This document shows, in pieces, positions 18,013 to 30,017 of a stretch of DNA of 64,000 bases; the first letter of the stretch is position 1, and each line of letters begins with the position of its first letter. Source of the DNA: Paramoeba atlantica (lineage: Eukaryota > Protista > Discosea); the NCBI GenBank assembly GCA_977017575.1, contig CDRNVI010000019.1, positions 558,001 through 622,000 of the forward strand. The letters run 5' to 3'. The translations under genes were made by a program, and so were the position numbers. Below the pieces are notes generated by a model. The model had not been told where the DNA came from and did no database searches. It saw nothing but the letters and a program-made list of their open reading frames with translations.

Positions 18013-19956
18013 TCACTCTTGAAGATAGAGTTGAAACTCCATCTGCGTCTGTTTTCGAGGCAGGCAACAAGCGTCTGCTAGGGCGTTGAGAAGAGATTTT
18101 GTATTTTCGTGTAGAGACCCGCCTGACAGCACTGGCACGCACCGAAACGTTTCCTCTGATATCAAACCCGAGCGAACATAGGTGTCTTGTTTACGTTTGA
18201 TCGCGTCGCGAAAAAGTTTGCCACATTTTGTTCCGAGATTAGAGGGCGCTAACTCGTGAATCACGGTGAAATCATAGAATATCTCGCCGGAATTCCAAAA
18301 AACTACAAGATCGGGACCCGATCTGCGGAAAGAACGGCCTCCGCAAACTTTTCCATGCGTCCGTCTGTAATCAGGATCCACTTTTTCGTTGCATTGTGTG
18401 CACGAAAACGTTGCGAAATTACGCGGCTCTTTTTCGCAGGGAATCCCAGCTTTTAAACACAACTCGTAGAGAAAATTTACTAAAGAGTTATGCTTCGCTG
18501 TGGCGTTGAGACCGGGGCATTTCGAACAACCAGGTATGTGCGCGAGCATGGCTTTCGAATCTAGCAGAATCCGGCACCCGGGGCAGAGCAACTGTTTTGG
18601 CAGTAGAGGATGCGCGATTCCGAGTCGCGGCATTAAAGCAAGCGAAAAAAGGCGCGAGGGAACAAACTTGGCATTAGACATGACCCATTCTGCGTTGCCC
18701 TTATATGAGACTGCTTGTAAGATGGCAACCGAGTCTGACTTCGAAGAAGACAAAAAGTCCCACGCTTTCGTGTGAAGAGCTGCCGCCGCCGTATCTTCGT
18801 CGATAGGAACGCTGGTGTCGGTTGTTGCTGTTGGCACGCTGGTGTCGGTGTCGGACTGCAAAATGGCGTGCGTCTGGTCTCCTTGGTGTTCGACTTGAGC
18901 TGAAAGATTAATTGGGCGCTCGAAAACTGAATACCAAGAGGACTCAAAGGCTGCACACCGAATTGGGAGACAAGCCGTCAGGCCCAGCCCGCCTTTCTTA
19001 ACCGGTAAACGTAACTGAGTTATCTGATCCTGAGATAGCGTTCCAAACCACGAATTCAACACCTCTTCTACCTCGTGATCGAATAGTTTAGCTAGATTTT
19101 CGGAGACTATGGGGTGGTGTACTCTCAACTGGTAGTTCTGACGTACATTCACGCATTTGGACAACAATTGTGCCGACGTGTTGTTGATACCCATCTGCTT
19201 CAGACGTCGAAAAATTTCATAATGTTTTTGCAAAGATTTCACCAGCTCTTCGCTGACCTTACTTTCTTCGCCGATGAAAGCACCCAGTACCTTTATCGTA
19301 CAGTCTGCTTTTTTTACCTCTGCACTGCTGAGTTCTTGCGGCATTGGAATGTTCCCCGTCCCTCGGCCGTGCCCTGAACATCGTAGATGGCTTCTCCTAG
19401 GCATTCCGAGGGTTGCGAGGGTGGAGGTGATTGCACGGCGTGCCCTTTGCATTGGTTCACGTGCGCCGTCTTTTTGTTGAGAGCGTAATGTCGACCGCAT
19501 GCGGCGCACAGAAAGCGGCCCTCTTTCTCCCACCAAACACTGGAAATTGCTTCCCCATGCCTGTAGGCCAGGTGGTGGTAATAGTACTGCCACTGCCCTC
19601 CGTGGGCTTGCGTCTTCCAGGTACACCCATCTGCAGGGCACTCTCGTTGCGGCGGATCTTCCTCAGAAATGGGCGGGGTCGCAGGAACCTGGTCACTTGC
19701 CAGGGTCGGGGCCTGAGGAGTGGTCACTCGTGATACGTTTTCCGTAGGTTCGAGAACGTGGGGGCCCCGTGTGGTCTTGTAGTCCGCGGTTTCCGCTTTT
19801 CTTGTATTGGCTTTCTCTCGGGCCTTCTGAGGTTTCGTAGCGCCCCGAAGCTGACCCTTAGAACTCGGAGGTGTGGCGGAAGCTCTTCGACGAGGGAATT
19901 TCTTAGCCATGGAATTATTATCAAGCTGTGTGGTATCAACTTCGAGATTCGATCTG
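18013..19956 (-). pseudogene. Internally deleted CRE-type element: N-terminal zinc fingers joined to thumb/RLE with the RT core missing; 5' part continues at 24751
   Basis: CPADGC...HLAYRH and CAACGRH...HVNQC, followed by LPVKKGGLGL and GPDLVVFW. Joining 24751 to 19956 gives an open frame (HSRVLI-RSNLEV). Confidence 0.8.
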
Positions 19957-20692
19957 GAATTGCACTTCCGGAAGAAAAACATATAGTCAATCAGATATAG
20001 TAAGCGTATGTAAACTGTAATGTTTAATCTGTAGAACTACATAGCTACCGAAATATAACATCCATCATGGACAACAGAGTAAAAGACATTATCTTCACCA
20101 GTACTGTAATATCAACTTCGCGAAGTAAGTATCAAACCTATTTTATATACCTCATGAACTTTTTCCTGGAGAGAACTCCCTTCCCTCCCTTTCTCGAACG
20201 GGTGTCCACGCGGGGAGTGGTTTGGGGGTTGGTGGGTGGGGCAAAAAGTTTCAAAGGATAAAAACGCGCTCTATTACCAGTTCACTGTATAATGTTTTGT
20301 GTCACTATATAAACTAGTTTATGAATAACAAACGTACAATGCCCGTCGGCCAACTAACGTAAATATAATTCTCAGAAATCAAAATTTCCATTGTACAATT
20401 CTTTTCGTAAACTTTTAGAATTGCACTTCCGGAAGAAAAACATATAGTCAATCAGATATAGTAAGCGTATGTAAACTGTAATGTTTAATCTGTAGAACTA
20501 CATAGCTACCGAAATATAACATCCATCATGGACAACAGAGTAAAAGACATTATCTTCACCAGTACTGTAATATCAACTTCGCGAAGTAAGTATCAAACCT
20601 ATTTTATATACCTCATGAACTTTTTCCTGGAGAGAACTCCCTTCCCTCCCTTTCTCGAACGGGTGTCCACGCGGGGACCACCCTTTCGCCAG

Positions 20693-23587
20693 TCAATCTT
20701 TCACCCCTTTCGCCACATTGTCGCAATCCCATCCTCCTCGGCTTATTGGATCCGCAGGGTTCAGTTTTGACGGAATGTAATGCGGCTGTACTATTATACC
20801 CTGTCTCTTTAAAAACTTAAGTAAACCTATCAATTCGATATTTATTCCATCCGATTTGGTCGATTTTTTGCATATGGAAGCTAAGCATGATGTATTATCA
20901 ATAAATAGGTCTACGCAGGTACCTCGTTGAAAATGGTGCGACAATTTCTCGAACGCGAGACGAACGGCCCTCGTCTCCGCTCGATTGACTTCATAATCGA
21001 AATCATCTTCCCAGCGACCTCCCACACATATCACGGAACCGTGGTCCAAATATATTATTCCTCCCCAACCTTTTGACGAAGCGTCCGTATACAAAACGTG
21101 GCTATGTGGTACAGTGTCGGGATGAGGCGGCGGCGCCACGAATATGTTTGAAATCAACTTTTTCTTCCATCGCGTCAAGTCCATGGTTACATTGGGGGGA
21201 AGATGAACCTTCACATCCAATAATGTCGGATCATTGTTTAACGCATTTATACGGCGCCGCACTAATTTTAAGGTGAAGTGGTAATTGGCAACGGGTTCTC
21301 CCAGTACTGCTGATGCATGGACTAATCTACCCACAGCTGATTCTAGTTTTCCGTACGTTGCATTCCGAAAAGTATCGCCTTGCATCTTTTTCACGATTCT
21401 CGGTCCCATTCTTACCTTACCTTCGGTATGGCTGTATTCCACGCCATTAAAAACATACTGCTTCATGGGCTCCTTTTCTTTATCCTTAAACGTGGCGTTA
21501 ACTTTCTCCGCGCGAGTTTCCACAAATTCCGTATACTGCTGAACTTGGTCTAGTGAACCTGCACTTCTCAATCCATCCACATATACATCGACCTTAAACT
21601 GTTCTGTATACGCCGTCTCGGCTCTGCAATACTCCGGATCTCCTGCGATTGTGGATGTAATGGTGTGCATCAGTTCCGGGGCGCACCGGTGCCCCATTGG
21701 CATCACATTAAGTTCAAACAACTCACCGTTTACTGCGCGAAATCGAAATTTTGTTCTACTTGCTACCGGAATCGGTACTTGATAAAATCCACATGTCAGG
21801 TCACGCTTCACACCAAAAGCTTCCTGCGCTCGATGGAGATAATAAGCCGCGTGTTTTAACGGGACGTGCGGCATGTACTCGTTCTTAATTCGCTCATTAT
21901 CCTCCTTCGTCCAGGCTATGAAGCGCCGCCTCTCCGTTTCCCCTTTATCGTCCGCAGGCTCAACTACTGTGAACGGTATCACCCATTGATTGGATGGTCT
22001 TTTGTTCTCCTCCTCAGGGGAAACACGCGAAACAATACGTGCGTCTAGCAAATGACTAATATCTTCCATGTTCAATCGTGGATTTACCTTTGGCTCACTA
22101 TCGGGTTTCTTCCTCCGATCCAACAAAGTATTCAACGTTTCTCTAAACCGGTTTCTTGTACTTCCATTCATCATGTTCTCAATTTCATTGACATCCATTT
22201 TGGGAATTTTCTTTACGTGCAGTGGTAGCTTTAAATCTTCCTCCGTGGCCAATTTTGTCGTACGTCTGGTACGTACAATCGTGTATCGATGCTTTTCCTG
22301 CGGCATGTCCCGCAAATATTCTCGAAATAACTCCTTCATTGCTAAAGCGTCCTCAGTTTGGCTGTCGCCTTCCCCGTTCCTAGAGCTAGCGCGGTGGTAA
22401 CTGGGTTTGAATTGTAACGCAACAGGGACTCGATCTGCTGGTGCTTCGCTAATTTTTTCACATCTTCGATTCCCACTGTCCCCTTGACAACTTCCTGGAA
22501 TAATTGCGTTACTGCTCCTCTCTTGGCGGAATGTGTGCCGAAACCCTCTCCCAGAACCCTCTTTATATTCCTGTCCATCTCTCTCACATTTGTCCGGCAC
22601 ATTCGATCCCATGACCTGAGCGTACGTACGTATTGAGCCAATTCGATTGTGCCCTGGCCCTGGATGACTGTGTACATCGATTCGCGCCACGGGTTGCACC
22701 TTGTAGCCTTTGTCCCCCTTCCCCAAGCAATTACAACCTTTTGCGGTGATATTTCCACGAATTTGTCCTTGGTCAAATTGGCGGTTTCGGACCAACGGGA
22801 TGCTGCCTTCCAGCACATCAGCAATGTTTGACTTTCGGATTGGGTGCACCTTCTTCGTATCTTGTTCAGTAGGAATGGTGTCAACGGCTGCATCTGATGT
22901 ACTGGCTCCTCTGCTCCTTGTGCCTGAAGAGCTTTGCAAAAGAATTTTATTGGGACAGTATTTAATCCGATCAGGTTGAATAAGGTCATTAGCGCCCTTC
23001 CGTAGGACACCTTGGTTTGTATTGACACTGGCAGAAGTTGCACGAACGTCACTGCGTGAAGGGGTGTCTGTCTTATATGATTCCCGGTGCAATATACCAG
23101 GAACCTTTCCCACAACCTTGCTCGTGTCTCCCACGTCGACGAGCTCCACATTCCGGACATCGCGTCCAATGCCACGCGTACCTCGGGAGTAATCCTGCTT
23201 ACCCCCATCAACAGACTCAAAAGATTTTTCCGAGCCACACTCCTGCATTCCAGGCTCAATGTTCCCTGGTACAAATTTCCACAAGCAATTGATCTTCCAT
23301 TCGAGTCTTTCACATTTTTTACACCCCCTTGTATCACTCGCGTTCTCTTCGCTACACTCTCCCTTTGATCCCCTGGATGTATCCTCTTGTATTTGACTGC
23401 TTTGCTTCTGCCGCGTTTGGCGGGTATTATATGCGAGATGTTCGTTCCTGGATCTATACGCGTGTATGTGACTCGAGGAACACTGGCGATTAATGGACGG
23501 GCGTTTCATAACGACTTTCCGCCCTGGGGGGCGTTGCCAGCCGTCCGCTGACGAAAATCCGGCGGTGATGTGCGTTTGTATGGGCAA
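20693..23587 (-). CDS. E3 RT-RNase H (-1 frame)
   Basis: KRDLTCGFYQ, MPMGHRCAPELM, YVDG, LYTDASSKGWG, FIDN, NPADPISR. Confidence 0.92.
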   Translation of the reverse strand: MPIQTHITAGFSSADGWQRPPGRKVVMKRPSINRQCSSSHIHAYRSRNEHLAYNTRQTRQKQSSQIQEDTSRGSKGECSEENASDTRGCKKCERLEWKINCLWKFVPGNIEPGMQECGSEKSFESVDGGKQDYSRGTRGIGRDVRNVELVDVGDTSKVVGKVPGILHRESYKTDTPSRSDVRATSASVNTNQGVLRKGANDLIQPDRIKYCPNKILLQSSSGTRSRGASTSDAAVDTIPTEQDTKKVHPIRKSNIADVLEGSIPLVRNRQFDQGQIRGNITAKGCNCLGKGDKGYKVQPVARIDVHSHPGPGHNRIGSIRTYAQVMGSNVPDKCERDGQEYKEGSGRGFRHTFRQERSSNAIIPGSCQGDSGNRRCEKISEAPADRVPVALQFKPSYHRASSRNGEGDSQTEDALAMKELFREYLRDMPQEKHRYTIVRTRRTTKLATEEDLKLPLHVKKIPKMDVNEIENMMNGSTRNRFRETLNTLLDRRKKPDSEPKVNPRLNMEDISHLLDARIVSRVSPEEENKRPSNQWVIPFTVVEPADDKGETERRRFIAWTKEDNERIKNEYMPHVPLKHAAYYLHRAQEAFGVKRDLTCGFYQVPIPVASRTKFRFRAVNGELFELNVMPMGHRCAPELMHTITSTIAGDPEYCRAETAYTEQFKVDVYVDGLRSAGSLDQVQQYTEFVETRAEKVNATFKDKEKEPMKQYVFNGVEYSHTEGKVRMGPRIVKKMQGDTFRNATYGKLESAVGRLVHASAVLGEPVANYHFTLKLVRRRINALNNDPTLLDVKVHLPPNVTMDLTRWKKKLISNIFVAPPPHPDTVPHSHVLYTDASSKGWGGIIYLDHGSVICVGGRWEDDFDYEVNRAETRAVRLAFEKLSHHFQRGTCVDLFIDNTSCLASICKKSTKSDGINIELIGLLKFLKRQGIIVQPHYIPSKLNPADPISRGGWDCDNVAKGVKD
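22342..23505 (-). CDS. E3 tyrosine recombinase, in frame behind the gag TGA
   Basis: 56 open codons between the TGA (23506-23508) and the track start at 23337. AASRWSE, HSAKRG, KHQ, LLRY. Confidence 0.92.
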   Translation of the reverse strand, partial: NARPLIASVPRVTYTRIDPGTNISHIIPAKRGRSKAVKYKRIHPGDQRESVAKRTRVIQGGVKNVKDSNGRSIACGNLYQGTLSLECRSVARKNLLSLLMGVSRITPEVRVALDAMSGMWSSSTWETRARLWERFLVYCTGNHIRQTPLHAVTFVQLLPVSIQTKVSYGRALMTLFNLIGLNTVPIKFFCKALQAQGAEEPVHQMQPLTPFLLNKIRRRCTQSESQTLLMCWKAASRWSETANLTKDKFVEISPQKVVIAWGRGTKATRCNPWRESMYTVIQGQGTIELAQYVRTLRSWDRMCRTNVREMDRNIKRVLGEGFGTHSAKRGAVTQLFQEVVKGTVGIEDVKKLAKHQQIESLLRYNSNPVTTALALGTGKATAKLRTL

Positions 23588-24573
23588 TCTTTAATCAAAT
23601 GGTCTGGTGATCTGCAATTGTAACATTGCGCGCGATAAGTTCCGTACGAGGGGCGAAACGATTGTGAACATTGACCTGTTGATCCTCCTCCGAAATATGT
23701 CCCTGTTCGTCGTAGCGCAGAGAAAGAAGTGTACCGACTACGTTGCTTTTCACGCTCACTCAACTGATCTGTTACATGCTGATAGAATTTGTCGTGCGCC
23801 CGATCATCTTTGTCCATTTTTCGGTGAACCGCCTCCACGTCTACCTTGCAAGCACGCCAGTAAGCATCACGTAGACTTTGGATTATCGCTTTCCCCAACT
23901 CCAAAAACGGACCTTCATTCCAGCCCGGAGTTTGGCGTGCCAACAATATCCACTTTCCCAGCAACTGATCGAAATTCCGCTCCTGTTGCATCTGAAATGA
24001 TTTGTCCTGATAATATTGATTCAATCTCAAACCATACTCGGGAGCTTCCTTTAATTCTCGAAAAAGGTCCTTAATTCGAAAGCCGTCGTCGTTGCGTTGA
24101 TCTATATGCCCCGGCCAAGTCACAGGTTCATACGGATCAATCTTGTAGGTCGCTACAGATCCAAAGGGCTGCACGTTAATAGGCAGGGGCCGTCCGCCTT
24201 CCAACGCACACTCTTGTCCTTCGCTCGAGTGTCCCAGTCCGTCTTCTAGATCAATGCGATAGTAATTTAACTCTTTGTGGGGAAATGGATACTCTCGATC
24301 TGGCTCCTCTTCCCATACCGCCCACATTTCCATCCCGACTCGACGTACTTTCCCGTGGGATATTTGTTTCGCCGAAGTCGCCGCGTTCTTCCGATTCCAT
24401 GCCGCCTTAATGTGCAACGAATGATTCTGATCGCGGGAAAGAAGCAGTTGCTCACAAACTCTCGTCTTCACCACGGCCAACTCTTCTCTACTCATGGGGT
24501 TGTCTGGTACCACTGAAGGTTCACGGGACACGCTTCTCCGTGCCTCTATGGAGCTACGCGGCGACGGAGGCAT
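23506..24573 (-). CDS. E3 Gag-like protein (CCHC)
   Basis: 355 aa, knuckle CYNCRSPDHLIKDC. Confidence 0.9.
   Translation of the reverse strand: MPPSPRSSIEARRSVSREPSVVPDNPMSREELAVVKTRVCEQLLLSRDQNHSLHIKAAWNRKNAATSAKQISHGKVRRVGMEMWAVWEEEPDREYPFPHKELNYYRIDLEDGLGHSSEGQECALEGGRPLPINVQPFGSVATYKIDPYEPVTWPGHIDQRNDDGFRIKDLFRELKEAPEYGLRLNQYYQDKSFQMQQERNFDQLLGKWILLARQTPGWNEGPFLELGKAIIQSLRDAYWRACKVDVEAVHRKMDKDDRAHDKFYQHVTDQLSEREKQRSRYTSFSALRRTGTYFGGGSTGQCSQSFRPSYGTYRAQCYNCRSPDHLIKDCPYKRTSPPDFRQRTAGNAPQGGKSL
23554..23560 (-). promoter_or_regulatory. Candidate -1 frameshift heptamer G_GAU_UUU (E3)
   Basis: Gag phase, 45 nt before TGA. The -1 frame opens only ~11 codons upstream. Confidence 0.72.
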
Positions 24574-24949
24574 AAAAAAAGTTTCAAAGGATAAAAACGC
24601 GCTCTATTACCAGTTCACTGTATAATGTTTTGTGTCACTATATAAACTAGTTTATGAATAACAAACGTACAATGCCCGTCGGCCAACTAACGTAAATATA
24701 ATTCTCAGAAATCAAAATTTCCATTGTACAATTCTTTTCGTAAACTTTTAATGAGAACACGTGAGTGGTTCGTTTCTTCGTCGCCTCCATTTTCGCATCC
24801 TGTATCAGGCGTTTGTTGTTGAGTTAAGATATCACACGTGTTCACATATCGCACATATGTCCCGCATAAACGATTAGAAGTATGAACACCGACGATAAAA
24901 ATTCTGAAAAGGATGCATTTGGGGATTTAATCCTTTTGTTTAGTGTCAC

Positions 24950-25185
24950 TGTCTGTGAACATTCATCTCAGTTTCTTTTCATAGACTTTCAGTCGTCTAA
25001 ACTTCAACTCTTATATCAATAGTCAACGCCTACCGAAAAACTCGCACGTGCCTAAAAAGCCGTATTGTCTGTGAACATTCATCTCAGTTTCTTTTCATAG
25101 ACTTTCAGTCGTCTAAACTTCAACTCTTATATCAATAGTCAACGCCTACCGAAAAACTCGCACGTGCCTAAAAAGCCGTATTGTC
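24950..25185. repeat. 2 x 116-bp tandem duplication at a CRE 3' end
   Basis: tgtctgtgaac... starts at both 24950 and 25066. Confidence 0.9.
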
Positions 25186-26460
25186 CACTTGAGTTGTGGC
25201 TATGTATTTGCGGAGTTGGGACATCACCACTGAACCGTTAAGTTCCTGTAGTCGAAGGGTGAAATCCTGTACTACGAAGTCCCGTTCGAGTCCACATGCA
25301 TCAGCCAGGGTTGTGATAAGCGCTTTGGTGTTGCTGTGCATTGCACCGCCGGAGAGCATTGGTACACATTGGAATTGCTCATTAGGAATAAGCTTAGACG
25401 CCACGTATTTGGAGACTTTGCGTTTTATGGCATCACGGAAAAGCTGAGCGGTGCTACGTCCAACATTTGATTGCGATAGCTCGTGGACGATGGTGAAATC
25501 GTAGTATACATCTCCGCTTGCCCAATGAATCACGATGTCTGGGCCCGAATGATAAAAAGATCCGGATCCGCAGGTTCTTTGGTGAGGGGATTTGCCGTCG
25601 CCATCTACGCTTGCTCCACATTTTGCGCAAGTATAGGTGGAGAACTGTCTGGGTTCCAGCTCACAGGGCAGACCTGATTTTATGCATAATTCATAAATAT
25701 TCCGAACCATCCTGTTGTGCTTTGCCGTTGCGTTATTGCCTGAACATTTGACGCACCCGGACACGTGCGTGAGCGCTGTATGGGGGGTAAGTAATGCATG
25801 GCACCCTGGACACTGTAAATTGGAGGGGAGGCTCGGATGTGCAATCCCAATGCGTGGCATAATTGCTAACTTGAAAAGTCGCGTAGGTACAAGTCTAGAA
25901 TTTGAGGTGAGCCATGAATAGTTACCTTTGGAGCTAGCTGCTCGTATTATGTGGGCTTGCGTTTTGTCTGTCATTAATTTGTCCCGTATGTCGTTGTGGT
26001 AGAGTTCCTCGGTGACTTCTTCTTCCTCCGTAGGGGCGTGCTGGCTGAGTTGAGGTTGGCTCTGCACTACGCCTAAACGAGCGGCGGGAGCTGAAAGGTG
26101 AGATGGTCGCTCCGTTGCTGCAAGTTTCGAACGAGTGTAGGCTGCCTCTCGAAGAGGTTCTGAGGGAGTAAGTCCAAGCCCGCCTTTTTTGAGGGGAAGG
26201 CGTGCCCAAGAAAGTTGTTCTGCTGTGAGTTCTCCAAACCACGTCTGTAGCGTATCTGATACCCTGGAGTCGAATTGTCGCGTAAGGTGCAATGATGTGT
26301 CTGGGTGGTGGACGCGAATGTGATATCTGTGGCGCACGTTGACACAGCGTGATAGGAGGAGGAGAGAAACGTTGCTTGCCCCCATAAGCTGTAGACGACG
26401 GAAGATAGTTCGGTGCTTTTCGAGCTTTTGCAGAAGCTTCTCACTTACGATGTCTGGCTT
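25168..26460 (-). pseudogene. 5'-truncated CRE lineage B (thumb + RLE)
   Basis: LPLKKGGLGL, CPGC...HVSGC, SGPDIVIHW. Confidence 0.88.
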
Positions 26461-26610
26461 TTTCTTAAGTAGTAGTAGTAGTAGTAGGCAGGTTGGTCAT
26501 AAAACGAGCAAAATACATTTTTTTTACTTCGTCATCTGACTATGAGGGAACCAAAATTACTCTTTCAAGTTTACATCAATCAATCAATCAAAACTTTCAG
26601 CTGTGTAGGT

Positions 26611-29600
26611 CTACGAATTGATAGAATCTAGCCATGCGGCCTTTGGTAGGCTGTCGCGTAATTGCGTGACAATCGTGTACGCATTCAGCTTTTCAATCTC
26701 TAGTTGAAAAGCCTCTACTACTTCTTTCACATTCAGATTTGCTCTCTTCGCTAAAGCTGTTATTAATTTTCGTGTATGTTCATGAAAAAAACCACTCTCA
26801 GTCATTGGAATGCATTTAAAATAATCATCTTCTATTCCGCCAGAGTAAACATACTTTTTCTTTTTCCTTTCAATAGCATTTTGCAGCAGTTGTGCTTCTG
26901 TCATTTTTAGGTAACTTGGGCTTCCGGTGTGGACGACTGTAATGTCATACAGCACTTCACCTATGTGAGGCCACATGATTCCTAGATCGGGGCCTGATCT
27001 GATTCTGCGGGCACGGCAGGGATGTTTTTCTATCTCTCCCTCGGAAACGTGAGCTTTACATTTGGTACAGTAGAAGGAAGAATGTGAGCGCGGTTCTACT
27101 ACACAGGGGACACCAGCTTTCGAGCAGAGGGACGCAAGGAACCTGACGAGATATGAGTGTTTCTTGGTTGCGTTCATTCCGTTACATTTAGTACAGCCGA
27201 CAATGTGTTGGAATATGTGAGCAGAGCTAACCTCGGCGGCACATCCAGGGCAATCGATCTTGTCATTTAAGGTTGGAGGCTTGATCCCAAGTCTAGTCAT
27301 AATTACGTATCGAAAGAGGTACGGATTAATGTAACCAGAAGAAGACTGTAGATGACTAAAGGATGATGTTGTCCGTTTTAATACGGAGTCGAGTCGCGGA
27401 TCTTTGCGAATCTCTTCTGACAGTTTCTTTTGCTCAAATTTTATGGACTTCAACGCTTGTTTTCGGGCCTTTTGCTGCTTGAGTAAAGGGAGTGCGACGT
27501 GCCGTTCCTGAGTGGAAGTCTTCGACTTGCGCGCGTCTACCGGAGCTTTTGTGGTTTGAATTTGCTCATCAATAGATTTGGAGGCAGTGTCGAAGAAGTA
27601 GCGATGTTTCAAAACGGAGGGAGTTAAACCGAGTCCTCCTAGGTACTGTGGAAGGGAGGCGAGTTGCATCGAAGTTTTGTCGGCGAAAAACCAATGTGAA
27701 ACTATATCGTTGATCTCTTTATCAAACCGCTGTGCCATTTGCAGTGAGTCTTTCGGGCGGTGTACTCGTAAATGATAGTCATTACGGGGAAGCGCGCATC
27801 GCTGTAGTATGGCCAACGAGATATTACTGGGTCCCATTTTCCGTAGCCGTCGGAACAAACATTTGTGCTTCTCAAGCTTACCAACGAGGAGCTCACTTAC
27901 TTTCTTGTGATCTCCGATGTAAGCACCCAGGATCTTAATAGCTTCGTCACGCTGGAATACTCCTAAAGAACTAATAGTGGACGGGGGCTTGTTCGTCGCG
28001 TTGTTAGTGTCTTTGCTAAACCACTCTGACTTTGTAAAATTAACCTCAAGCGCTAAATCGGAGGAAAGCTCTCGGAGGTGTAGGAAAGCGGCCTCTAGAC
28101 ATTCTCGGTTCTTCGAGGACAGCGTCACATCATCCATGTATGCTCGGATTTTCACATCAGGAAAAAGCGTGGCGACTTCAACAAGCGCAGTGTGCAGTAG
28201 GGTACAAAAATATAGAGAGGAGAGAGCGGACCCCTGTCGAACTCCGGATGTGCTCTTAATAACGGCGTGGAGATCGTTGTTTGCAAAGAAAAGCAAGTCC
28301 GAAGGGTCGCCATATTCAAGGTAGAAAAGCCTCATGAAAGGTCTGAAAATGTTGTTTTCGTTCAACGCGCGAGCTATAGCTGCTCTTTGCGGCGTGTTAT
28401 ACGCGTTGGAGTAATCCACTGTCAAAATCGTATGTCCGTCATCGTAGTCGTGAAGAAGTTCATGTACAAGGCTTTCGCATGCGTTCTTCTGTAAAATACC
28501 GCTTTGGTAGGGAGAAAAGAAGTTTTTCAAAGTGTCTTCGTGTCTTTGCAGTAGAATAGAGCCGCATACTTTCAGGATCGTGTCGCCCATCGCAATCGGT
28601 CTGATTCCATTTTAAGGTTTCGGTAGGGCAATAATCCGGCAACGTGTTAACCTATTACGGACGGATTGGCTTATTTCCCCATTGATTACATCTCGGAACA
28701 TGTGGCAAAGTGCAGTGCAGGATTCGACGTCATCGATTAGGAGACGGATAATGTTTTCACTTAAACCTGTTGGTCCAGGGGCTGCTCCATGTGAGAGTTT
28801 GTTCACGGCCGAGCGTACTTCATTCACCTCAATCACAGCAACTCGAGGGTAGTCGTGAGAAGGGGCGGGAGGGGAATCTCCTGGAGGGTGTAGTTCTTGC
28901 AGTTTCTTAACTTTTTCGTCAGCGCTTAATTGAGAGTCCAGGTAAACGTTGTCAAGAACGCGTGTGGCCTTGCCGAGGTTTCCAGCGCGTGCAGCCTTAA
29001 GAGCATTTCGGATGGACCGACGGTCAATATCAAGTTCCTTCACTTCAGCTTTGGTAAGGTGCTCGATTTCTTCAGTTCGAGGCTTGTTGGGATAGTGAGG
29101 TACACTGTCACGACGTAAAAGCGCTTTGCGAACGGACGTGAGGGAGTCGCGCGGGGCGTTGAGGAGTTTGTGCCATATAGCCTCTTTTTCTGATGACATC
29201 TCTGCTCGAGGATAGTCTCGGATGATCGATCGAAAAATGGCGATTACGTGTACAGAAAAGGTTGAGTCAATTGGTGTGAAAGGTGGTAACGGTTCCAAAT
29301 CCCCTCCGTTGTCAATGTCCTCAGTCTCGTCTGCTACGTTTTCCATGGTCTGCACTTCAGAGTTTGGAATTTGGCGGAGTTCTGTCGCGTGGGTGTGTAG
29401 AATCTTGATCTTAGAAGATTGAGGAAAGTGAAGTATTCCAGACGGTCCCGTCGTTCCCGGGGCAGGCTTGTAACTGACTTGAATGTGTAGTGCTTTTTTC
29501 CGCATTTTGCGTGAGACGACTTCACCAATTGAGTGGTTAATCATGTCTTCGTAGTTTCGAAAGGACCACTTAACGACGCATTTCGTCCCTTTACCCCACT

Positions 29601-29889
29601 GTGATATTTTTTTGAGGAGATGGTCTGGAGCTATAGGAAACGCTCGAAAGAGTGGTGCGTCTTCATCAACCGAATTTTCGGCTTCACCGTCCGCTTCGGC
29701 ACCGTATTCTGTTGCACCTGCATTTCGACTCGGTGGCAACTTCGATGGCGTCACCTTTTCTTCTGGTGTGTGTCTTTCAGGTGTTTTCGTTTGTGATGGT
29801 ATGGGGGATGCATGTGTCGATGGCTTTGGAGTACTCAACTCGTTGTTTACGCTGCTTGTCTCGGCGGCTGTACTCGTCTTTTCAGTCAC
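26611..29889 (-). pseudogene. Near full-length CRE lineage A ORF with an in-frame TAA at 28612-28614
   Basis: KP*NGIRP here versus KPQNGIRP in paralogues. GVRQGSALSS, AYMDD, GPDLGIMW. Confidence 0.9.
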
Positions 29890-30017
29890 CGGGGATCTGT
29901 ACTCGGATGCTGCACGACATTTCGAACTTTTACGCGGATGCTCGCGCGTCTCGCTGTCGGAACTGAAAGTTCCACTTTCTTTGTAAACATCGTGTAAGGG
30001 GCGCCATGTAGGTCGAC

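Larger units (their letters stand above)
19957..24750 (-). mobile_element. E3: apparently intact YR retrotransposon with split direct repeats
   Basis: A1 24576-24750 = A2 20243-20417 (175 bp) and B1 20418-20677 = B2 19957-20216 (260 bp). All three ORFs are open. No TSD. Confidence 0.95.

Noticed and set aside
29890-30017. HDV-like or hammerhead ribozyme at the LINE/CRE 5' ends
   Set aside because: I could not build the nested pseudoknot or find CUGANGA/GAAA cores by eye. An Infernal or RNArobo search would settle it.
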